Below, one piece after another: positions 57,331 to 64,000 of a stretch of DNA of 64,000 bases; the stretch's first letter is position 1; each line of letters opens with the position of its first letter. The stretch comes from an uncultured Planctomycetia bacterium (GTDB lineage: Bacteria; Omnitrophota; Gorgyraeia; Gorgyraeales; Gorgyraeaceae), in contig CAYPYS010000002.1 of the NCBI GenBank assembly GCA_964415355.1, positions 74,475 through 138,474 on the forward strand, read 5' to 3'. The translations under genes and the position numbers were made by a program. The notes beneath the pieces are model-generated. The model saw nothing but the letters and a program-made list of their open reading frames with translations, was not told where the DNA came from and did not search any database.

Positions 57331-58380
57331 TCAGAAGCGCTTAACAAGCCTTTTTACTTCCTGGGCTTTATTTTTATTACAGACGAGCGTGCCGGATTTA
57401 GTCTGCACTATTATTAAATCCTTTGCGCCTATCACGCCTATCTTATGATCGCGCTCCCCTATTACAGTGCAATTTTTGACATCTATAAATGCGCTATTGG
57501 AAAGAATGATATTTCCGTCCTTGTCCTTGTCGTATATCTCTTCAACGCTTGACCATGAGCCTATGTCCACCCAGTCGAAGTTTCCTCTTACGCAGAATAT
57601 CTTTTGTGATCTATGCTTGGTTATTGGCTCCATTACGCCGTAATCTATAGACATGGGCTTGATCCTGGAATATTCGTGCGCCAGCTTTATAGCGTAACCT
57701 TTTTTTCTTTCGAGCTTGACCACGTCTTTCAGGCCATAATATAAGCTCGGCATATGTCGCTTTAGCGCCGCCAAGACAGAATCTGTTTTCCAGACAAATA
57801 TACCGCTATTCCAGAGATAATTTTTATGCTTGTAAAATCTTTCCGCCTTTTCTTTATTCGGTTTTTCAATAAACCTTTTCACCGCATAGTGCCCCATGAC
57901 CTTCCGCCCTATTCTGATATAGCCGTATCCTATAGAGGAATATTTCGGTTTTATCCCTATTGTCACAAGGCTGTGATTTACATTGGCTACTTTTTCAGCG
58001 GACACAAGGTCATGGTAAAAGAGCCTCGAGTCTTTGATTATGTGGTCCGCTGGCAGTATTGCCATCGTAGTCTCGCCGAGTCTTTTTTCTAAAGTCAGCG
58101 CTGCAAGACATATCGCCGCCGCAGTGTCTTTTCCCTCGGGCTCCAGGATGATATTCTTCTTGTCCAGGGTGGCTACATACGGTTTTAAAGTCGGGTATTG
58201 ATTTTTAGTAGTCACTAAAAGTATATTTTCTGTGGGAAGATATTGTTTCAACCTTTTTATGGTCTCCTGGATCATTGCATTTCTTGTGCCAAATGAAAGC
58301 GTATGCTTTGCCCTGCCTCTCGTGCTTTTGGGCCATAGCCTTTCGCCTTTTCCACCAGCCATTATTACCGCATGTATCAT
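57331..58380 (-). CDS. manC: Mannose-1-phosphate guanylyltransferase
   Basis: MAGGKGERLWP, PADH, F.EKP, WNSGIF, SIDYGVME. Confidence 0.9.
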   Translation of the reverse strand: MIHAVIMAGGKGERLWPKSTRGRAKHTLSFGTRNAMIQETIKRLKQYLPTENILLVTTKNQYPTLKPYVATLDKKNIILEPEGKDTAAAICLAALTLEKRLGETTMAILPADHIIKDSRLFYHDLVSAEKVANVNHSLVTIGIKPKYSSIGYGYIRIGRKVMGHYAVKRFIEKPNKEKAERFYKHKNYLWNSGIFVWKTDSVLAALKRHMPSLYYGLKDVVKLERKKGYAIKLAHEYSRIKPMSIDYGVMEPITKHRSQKIFCVRGNFDWVDIGSWSSVEEIYDKDKDGNIILSNSAFIDVKNCTVIGERDHKIGVIGAKDLIIVQTKSGTLVCNKNKAQEVKRLVKRF

Positions 58381-58392
58381 TTATTCCTCCGC

Positions 58393-58431
58393 CTAACTTT
58401 ACACTTTAACGTTGTTGAAATGTAAAGTTAG
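58393..58431. repeat. Palindrome family A copy; supplies stop of trpA
   Basis: Consensus copy, reverse orientation. Confidence 0.95.
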
Positions 58432-59213
58432 CTTTTTAATGATCTTACAAATCTGCCGACTTTTTTAACTAAATCTCCCTTGCCGATGTTCTTTTCGACG
58501 ATTTTTATAATAGCGCTCCCGACGATAACGCCGTCAGCCAATCTTGATATTGACTTTACCTGTTCAGGCTTGGAAATACCAAAGCCTACGCATAAAGGCC
58601 TCTTTGTCATCTTTTTTATTTTTTTCAGGCTGTTCGTGATCTCCTTGGGCAATTCTTTCCTGGCTCCGGTGGTGCCGGTCAGCGAGACATAATAAATAAA
58701 TCCTGTGCTGGCTTTAGATATCATCTTTATTCTTTCTTTGGAACTAGTAGGGGCCAGAAGGTGTATTATTGAAAAGTCATTCTTCTTTCCCGCGCGGCGT
58801 AGTTCTCCTGATTCTTCGGGAGGAAGGTCAGGGATGACGATGCCATCTACGCCAGAAGACTTTGCTTTCTTAACGAATTTCTCTAATCCGCGATGATATA
58901 CAAGATTATAATACGTCAAGAAAACTATGGGGATGGGGGTTTTTGTTCTGATGCTTTTTACAAGATCGCATACTAGATCCATGTTTATTTTATTCTTTAG
59001 CGCGCGTTCCGATGAGCGTTGTATAGTCGGTCCGTCTGCGAGAGGGTCTGAAAACGGCACGCCTAACTCGATGATGTCAGCGCCCTGCTTTTCTAATTCG
59101 AATATAAGTTTTCTTGTAACAGAAAGATTCGGATCCCCTGCCATTATAAAAGCGACAAACGCCTTCTTGCGTTTTTTCTTCAGTTCTTTAAATTTTTTAT
59201 CTATACGGTTCAT
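58428..59213 (-). CDS. trpA: Tryptophan synthase alpha chain
   Basis: ELGVPFSDPLADGPTIQ, GFGIS, GVIVGSA. Confidence 0.96.
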   Translation of the reverse strand: MNRIDKKFKELKKKRKKAFVAFIMAGDPNLSVTRKLIFELEKQGADIIELGVPFSDPLADGPTIQRSSERALKNKINMDLVCDLVKSIRTKTPIPIVFLTYYNLVYHRGLEKFVKKAKSSGVDGIVIPDLPPEESGELRRAGKKNDFSIIHLLAPTSSKERIKMISKASTGFIYYVSLTGTTGARKELPKEITNSLKKIKKMTKRPLCVGFGISKPEQVKSISRLADGVIVGSAIIKIVEKNIGKGDLVKKVGRFVRSLKS

Positions 59214-59224
59214 AAATCACTGTC

Positions 59225-59263
59225 CTAACTTTACATTTCAACAACGTTAAAGTGTAAAGTTAG
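59225..59263. repeat. Palindrome family A copy between trpB and trpA; supplies stop of trpB
   Basis: Consensus copy. Confidence 0.95.
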
Positions 59264-60435
59264 GCGTACACGTCTTTTATTATATCTATGTCTTTATCGC
59301 CCCTGCCGGAAAGACATACGACAATAATCTTATTTTTGGTTAGTTTCGGCGCGAGTCTCTTTACCGCGTAGTAAATCGCGTGACTCGGTTCCAGCGCCGG
59401 TATAATCCCCTCTGCTTCGCATAAGATCTTAAATCCCTCGAGTGCTTCTTTGTCTGTCACGGATACATATTTTGCCCTGCCGGTTTCTTTGTAATAAGAG
59501 TGTTCAGGGCCTACGCCTGGATAATCTAATCCGGCAGAGATCGAATGAGCAACTGTTATTTGACCATCTTTACTTTGCAATAGATAGCTTTTGCTCCCAT
59601 GTAATACGCCTGGCTTTCCTTTGCAGAGAGCTGCGCCATGTTTTCCGCTGTCCAGGCCTAGCCCGCCCGCCTCCACGCCTATAAATTTAACCTTTGTATT
59701 GAAAAATGAATGAAATATCCCTATTGAGTTGCTTCCTCCTCCGACGCACGCAACCAAATAATCCGGAAGTTTCTTTTCATATTTTAAAATTTGCCTCTTT
59801 GACTCTTTGCCTATTATAGCTTGAAAATCCCTGACCATTGCAGGATATGGGTGCGGACCTACGACAGATCCGATTATGTAATGAGTTGTCCTTACGTTTG
59901 TGACCCAGTCTCTTATTGCTTCATTGGTAGCGTCTTTTAAAGTCTTGCTGCCAGAGTGCACAGGGATAACTCTTGCACCCAGGAGTTTCATTTTAAATAC
60001 ATTGAGCTTTTGCCGCTCTATATCCTCTACGCCCATATAAACGTCGCATGGAAGACCGAATACAGCTGCAGCGGTAGCGGTTGCGACTCCGTGCTGGCCT
60101 GCCCCTGTCTCTGCTATTATGCGTGACTTGCCCATCTTTACAGCGAGGAGCGCCTGGCCGAGCGTATTGTTTATTTTGTGCGCGCCTGTGTGGAGCAGGT
60201 CCTCTCTCTTTAGATATATCCTTGCACCATATTTCTTAGAGAGATTTTTGGCAAAGTAGAGCGTTGTTGGTCTGCCTGCGTAAACGCTCAGCAAGCTATT
60301 CAGCTCTCGTTTGAATTTAGTATCCCGGAGAGCTTTTTTATATTCTTTCTCGAGCTCTTGAAGCGCTACCATAAGCGTTTCAGGCACAAACTTTCCACCA
60401 AAACCCTGAAATTTACCCCTTTTATCAGGCAGCAT
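59260..60435 (-). CDS. trpB: Tryptophan synthase beta chain
   Basis: [30 protein letters not shown]. Confidence 0.97.
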   Translation of the reverse strand: MLPDKRGKFQGFGGKFVPETLMVALQELEKEYKKALRDTKFKRELNSLLSVYAGRPTTLYFAKNLSKKYGARIYLKREDLLHTGAHKINNTLGQALLAVKMGKSRIIAETGAGQHGVATATAAAVFGLPCDVYMGVEDIERQKLNVFKMKLLGARVIPVHSGSKTLKDATNEAIRDWVTNVRTTHYIIGSVVGPHPYPAMVRDFQAIIGKESKRQILKYEKKLPDYLVACVGGGSNSIGIFHSFFNTKVKFIGVEAGGLGLDSGKHGAALCKGKPGVLHGSKSYLLQSKDGQITVAHSISAGLDYPGVGPEHSYYKETGRAKYVSVTDKEALEGFKILCEAEGIIPALEPSHAIYYAVKRLAPKLTKNKIIVVCLSGRGDKDIDIIKDVYA

Positions 60436-60461
60436 ATATTTCCCCCATATATAGCTTATAA

Positions 60462-60490
60462 ATTATATAGTAAAAAAGGCAGGGTGTCAA
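60462..60490 (-). promoter_or_regulatory. Consensus sigma70 promoter of trpB
   Basis: TTGACA-N17-TATAAT. Confidence 0.8.
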
Positions 60491-60504
60491 TAGTAAGGCT
60501 GAAA

Positions 60505-60541
60505 TAAGTATACATTTCAACATTGTTGAAATGTATACTTA
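60505..60541. repeat. Palindrome family A, perfect 18-1-18 palindrome; supplies stop of the DinG-family gene
   Basis: TAAGTATACATTTCAACA-T-TGTTGAAATGTATACTTA. Confidence 0.95.
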
Positions 60542-62503
60542 AGGTTCGATTATTGTCTCGCACTTTGGGATTGAGTTTAGGAATTGGCGGCCGTAAGATT
60601 TATTTATAATGCGGCTGTCCAGAATAGCTATTATACCTGTGTCGCTCTTGCTTCTAATGAGCCTGCCGAAGCCCTGCTTGAATCTTAGTACTGCTTCTGG
60701 CAGGCTGTATTCCAGAAAAGCGTCGCCGCCTCTTTTTTGGATCTCCTCTATCCGCGCTTCTATTACAGGTGAATCCGGAACAGCAAACGGGAGTTTAGTA
60801 ATGATTACGTTCGAAAGCGCGTTGCCCTGAACATCTATGCCTTGCCAGAAGCTATCTACGCCAAAGAGAATCGAACCCAGATTGTTTTTGAATTTAGCCA
60901 GCATCTTGCTTCTGCCCAGGCCAGCACCTTGCTTAAGCAGGCTAAAGCCTTTATCAGAGAGATAGCCTTCCAGTTCTTCGTAAACAATATTCATTAGGCC
61001 ATAACTTGTAAATAAAACAAATGCGTTGCCGTTTGTAAATTCAATATATCTTTTTATCCTTTCTGAGACCGCAGAGGCATAGCTGGTAATACTGTCAGGC
61101 CTGGGCATATTTTTAGCTATATACATTCTGACCTGATTTTTATAATCAAAAGGCGAGCCGAGCTTTAATTCTTGAGAGTCTTTTGCCCCCACCCTCTCTT
61201 TAAAGTATTCAAATGAACTGCTGTCGACAGAGAGAGTCGCGCTTGTAAGTATTGTTGGTTTGCGTGATGAAAAAACAAGATTTTTTAAAATATTGCCTAT
61301 GTTTATAGGGGCCGCGTTTATAGAGACTTTGTTCGTCCGCCTGTTCCTGGAGGACTCTATCCAGTATACGTAATTATCAAAAGTCTGGTTGAGTATAACG
61401 TCTAAAGAAGCGCTCAGGGCGTTGATTTTTCTTATATATGTGGCGGTTTCAATCTCGTCTTCCTTGTTTCTGGCATTCTTCCTGGCTTTTGCCAGTGATT
61501 CGCCAAGTTTTTGGAGAGGCGTCAGTAGAGAGTTGTCTATAAAATTCGGGTGCCTTATTCGTAGCGATTCTGATGTCCCATTAAGTTTTTTGCCTTCAAG
61601 ATATTCTTTCGCGCCTTTAAAAAAAGAGTCTGATCTTTTGCGCACTACCTCTACCCATTCCATGCTTTCCTGGTCACCCGTAGTCAGTAAGAAACCTTTT
61701 TGCTTTTTTATATTAAACAAGAGATCCATGAGATATTTTACGCTGATGTTGCTGGCGCTTGCCCCAAGGTGTTCTGTAGCAACGTTCTCTATGCTATGCG
61801 CTTCGTCAAACACCAGTATGTCATATTCGGGGAGTATGCCTTTCTGGTCTTCCTGCATTGCCAGGTTGGAAAAGAATAAGTGATGATTTACGATCAATAG
61901 CCGCGCGTCCTGCATCTTTTCTCTCGCTTTTTGGAAAAAGCATTGTTTTTTATACGGGCAGGCCTTTCCCATGCACGATTCGGTATTCGCTGAGACCATG
62001 TCCCAGACCTTTGGATCCGGTTCTTCGTCCAGATCGTAGAGTGAGCCATCCTCTGTCCTGTACGACCACGCCACTATCTTTGCGAACTGCTGCATTTCGT
62101 ATTCGTCCGCGAACAGGTCTTGCTGTTTAAAGTTAGACCTGCGCAGCCTTCTCAGGCATAGATAATTGCGCCGGCCTTTTACAAGGACAGCCTTGAAATC
62201 TTTTTCCAGGACCTTTTCTAAAAAAGGTATGTCTTTTTGGATGATCTGTTCTTGGAGATTTATGGTGTTCGTGGATATTAGAGCGACTGAGTTGTTTTCG
62301 AGGGCGTATCGGGCGACTGGCACCAGGTAAGAAAAACTTTTGCCAACCCCCGTCCCTGCCTCAACCGCAAGTGTATGCGAATTTAATATAGCCTTCTGAA
62401 CGGCCTTCGCCATTTTTACCTGCTCTTCGCGAGCTTCGTAATTAGGCATTTTTTTGGCGATAGGACCGGATTGGCCAAATACAGTATCTATGTAGTTATT
62501 CAT
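60539..62503 (-). CDS. DinG/YoaA-family Fe-S DNA helicase
   Basis: EAGTGVGKS, KGRRNYLC, DEAH, TSATL, QGFGRLIR. Confidence 0.92.
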   Translation of the reverse strand: MNNYIDTVFGQSGPIAKKMPNYEAREEQVKMAKAVQKAILNSHTLAVEAGTGVGKSFSYLVPVARYALENNSVALISTNTINLQEQIIQKDIPFLEKVLEKDFKAVLVKGRRNYLCLRRLRRSNFKQQDLFADEYEMQQFAKIVAWSYRTEDGSLYDLDEEPDPKVWDMVSANTESCMGKACPYKKQCFFQKAREKMQDARLLIVNHHLFFSNLAMQEDQKGILPEYDILVFDEAHSIENVATEHLGASASNISVKYLMDLLFNIKKQKGFLLTTGDQESMEWVEVVRKRSDSFFKGAKEYLEGKKLNGTSESLRIRHPNFIDNSLLTPLQKLGESLAKARKNARNKEDEIETATYIRKINALSASLDVILNQTFDNYVYWIESSRNRRTNKVSINAAPINIGNILKNLVFSSRKPTILTSATLSVDSSSFEYFKERVGAKDSQELKLGSPFDYKNQVRMYIAKNMPRPDSITSYASAVSERIKRYIEFTNGNAFVLFTSYGLMNIVYEELEGYLSDKGFSLLKQGAGLGRSKMLAKFKNNLGSILFGVDSFWQGIDVQGNALSNVIITKLPFAVPDSPVIEARIEEIQKRGGDAFLEYSLPEAVLRFKQGFGRLIRSKSDTGIIAILDSRIINKSYGRQFLNSIPKCETIIEP

Positions 62504-63114
62504 TTTTTAAAAAGACTTATTTTTTTCTCTTCACCCTTTCGCAATCGCTTTAAGTTAGACTTATGTTTGTATACGATAATAACGCACAGGATGCTCATGA
62601 ATACGATTATTTCCGTTGGTTCGCCGAATATTAACGTGAATATCGGGATTGCAACAGAGGCTAAAATCGAGGCGACCGACACATACCCTGTCAGGAAGAA
62701 CGCTATTGCCCATGCCAGGAAACCGAGCCAGAATATCTTAGGTATGAGCCCTATGACGACGCCTGCGCTTGTAGCGACACCTTTACCGCCTTTAAATTTC
62801 AGAAATACCGGCCAGTTATGACCGGTTATCGCGGCCATGCCGCACAGGACCTGATATAATTCAGGCCTCGTTACCGGCGTTATATACAGGAATGAATTTG
62901 CGATTAAAGTCGTTGCCATATATCCTTTGAATATATCTATGGCCAGTACGATGATCGCCGGCACCCTGCCTATTACCCTGGAAGCATTTGTAGCACCTAC
63001 GTTCCCGCTTCCATATTGTCGTATATCGACGCCCTTAAGTAATCGCGCGAATATGTAGGCCGTGGGCACTGATCCAATTAAATAAGCAACTATTACTCCT
63101 AAAAATAATACCAT
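62500..63114 (-). CDS. plsY: Glycerol-3-phosphate acyltransferase
   Basis: GSGNVGATN, GHNWP...GGKGVAT, HKSNLKRL. Confidence 0.95.
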   Translation of the reverse strand: MVLFLGVIVAYLIGSVPTAYIFARLLKGVDIRQYGSGNVGATNASRVIGRVPAIIVLAIDIFKGYMATTLIANSFLYITPVTRPELYQVLCGMAAITGHNWPVFLKFKGGKGVATSAGVVIGLIPKIFWLGFLAWAIAFFLTGYVSVASILASVAIPIFTLIFGEPTEIIVFMSILCVIIVYKHKSNLKRLRKGEEKKISLFKK

Positions 63115-63125
63115 GAGTTCCTTTT

Positions 63126-63151
63126 GGATTCTCGCTTTCGCGGGGATGACA
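63126..63151. repeat. REP-like family B copy (diverged)
   Basis: GGATTCTCGCTTTCGCGGGGATGACA. Confidence 0.85.
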
Positions 63152-63155
63152 GCGC

Positions 63156-63196
63156 CTTAAGTATACATTTTAACATTGTTGAAATGTATACTTAAG
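63156..63196. repeat. Palindrome family A, AGTATACA-arm variant
   Basis: CTTAAGTATACATTTTAACATTGTTGAAATGTATACTTAAG. Confidence 0.95.
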
Positions 63197-63205
63197 AAAA
63201 GTGAT

Positions 63206-63763
63206 TTAAGATTTTTGGAGTTCACTTAGCTGTTTCGAGCCGCGCCATATATAGTCTATGCCGGAAAGCGCAGTAAAAAATACAGCCGGATAAATAAGGA
63301 ATTTATTGTATTTAAAAATTGCAAGAATTGCCAATATGGATATCATCTGGAAAAAAGTAGTTATTTTTCCGAGAAAGCTCGGTTTTATAGCTATATTTCC
63401 TTTTAAAAAATAGATCACCAAAGAACCGAGTACGATTATAATATCTCTGGTTATGACTGTAAGGACTGCCCACGCAGGAATGCGGATATCAGCGGGTATA
63501 TTGCCAATAACCGAAAGAGTAATGAATGCACTCGATATCAGAAGCTTGTCGGCAATTGGGTCCAAGATGATACCTAATTCAGTCACTTCTCCGCGACTTC
63601 GAGCAATGCCTCCGTCGATAGCATCTGCGAATGCGGCTATTGCAAAAAGAGCCAAGGCTGCGAACCTCAGAAAGGTCCGTCCCTCGCCATAATACAAAAG
63701 ACTGGCTATAAAAAATGGTATTAAAAGTATGCGAAAGATTGTAATTTTATTAGCTAGATTCAT
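63206..63763 (-). CDS. pgsA: CDP-alcohol phosphatidyltransferase (PgsA-like)
   Basis: D..DG..AR....T.LG..LDP.ADK signature. Confidence 0.85.
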   Translation of the reverse strand: MNLANKITIFRILLIPFFIASLLYYGEGRTFLRFAALALFAIAAFADAIDGGIARSRGEVTELGIILDPIADKLLISSAFITLSVIGNIPADIRIPAWAVLTVITRDIIIVLGSLVIYFLKGNIAIKPSFLGKITTFFQMISILAILAIFKYNKFLIYPAVFFTALSGIDYIWRGSKQLSELQKS

Positions 63764-63771
63764 AGCATTCT

Positions 63772-63810
63772 CTAACTTTACACTTTAACATTGTTGAAAT
63801 GTAAAGTTAG
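63772..63810. repeat. Palindrome family A copy; supplies stop of acsC
   Basis: CTAACTTTACACTTTAACATTGTTGAAATGTAAAGTTAG. Confidence 0.95.
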
Positions 63811-64000
63811 GATGGGCTCCAGGCCTCTTTTAGGTATTTTGGTATTGCGGATGCCTCTTTTGGTCCCACTAGCACTTTCCAGCCAGAGGCGTCTTCGAGT
63901 TTTCCGCTTAAAACTGACACGTAACCAGGTATTATGATCTTTTTGTGTGAGACGGCTTTTTCAGCTTCAAACTTTTTCATGGAATCTGAAATAGATTCCG
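63807..64000 (-). CDS. acsC: Corrinoid/Fe-S protein large subunit, C-terminal part only
   Basis: Hand translation ...SHKKIIIPGYVSVLSGKLEDASGWKVLVGPKEASAIPKYLKEAW*. Confidence 0.85.
   Translation of the reverse strand, partial: ESISDSMKKFEAEKAVSHKKIIIPGYVSVLSGKLEDASGWKVLVGPKEASAIPKYLKEAWSPS

Noticed and set aside
4800-59263. Family A as classical intrinsic terminators
   Set aside because: The stem is AT-rich with no U-tract, copies sit inside obligate operons (trpB-trpA), and one lies between divergent promoters.
60436-60490. trp attenuator or T-box upstream of trpB
   Set aside because: The leader is only about 20 nt after a consensus promoter, leaving no room for a leader peptide or T-box.
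227-63692. The many plus-strand and nested ORFs in the track (e.g. 13141..13917, 43453..44010, 46316..46903, 2746..2991)
   Set aside because: They are antisense or alternative-frame shadows of well-supported genes and carry no motifs. Several end in repeat-derived peptides ([18 protein letters not shown]).
2331-63810. Family A as integron attC sites (CTAAC...GTTAG ends, stop codon inside the left end)
   Set aside because: At 39 bp it is shorter than known attC sites and has no extrahelical bases. It occurs in both orientations, the TAAG...CTTA variants lose the invariant AAC/GTT, the flanking genes are core operons, and there is no integrase in the window. The resemblance still justifies an IntegronFinder run.
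1364-63810. Family A as CRISPR repeats (37 bp, contains TTGAAAT)
   Set aside because: Copies are single, separated by whole genes and in mixed orientation. There are no regular spacers and no cas genes.

Overview
64-kb core-chromosome segment of an anaerobic PVC-superphylum bacterium. Ca. Omnitrophota is my inference, based on the PVC signature small basic protein, a Minf_1886-family gene, Wood-Ljungdahl acs genes and a PilZ expansion. Almost all genes lie on the minus strand: housekeeping genes (trpBA, lepAB, accBC/efp, thiCE, aroB/aroQ, rnc, rpsU, gmhA/rfaE2, pfkA, rpe, plsY/pgsA, tRNA-Gly), a split acs cluster, eight stand-alone PilZ proteins, a degenerate HD-GYP protein and an ExeA/GspB-like pair. 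The strongest unexplained signal is non-coding. A 37-39-bp imperfect palindrome (YTA-ACTTTACATTTCAACAACGTTAAAGTGTAAAGT-TAR) occurs 26 times (23 full-length, 1 truncated, 1 half, 1 interrupted), in both orientations and only at gene junctions. In 16 copies its terminal TAA is the stop codon of the upstream gene, and its arm variants co-vary. It co-locates with a second REP-like family (GTCATTCCCGC..GCGGGAATCC, 6 copies), and one copy contains a nested third hairpin. No transposase, integrase or CRISPR array is present in the window.
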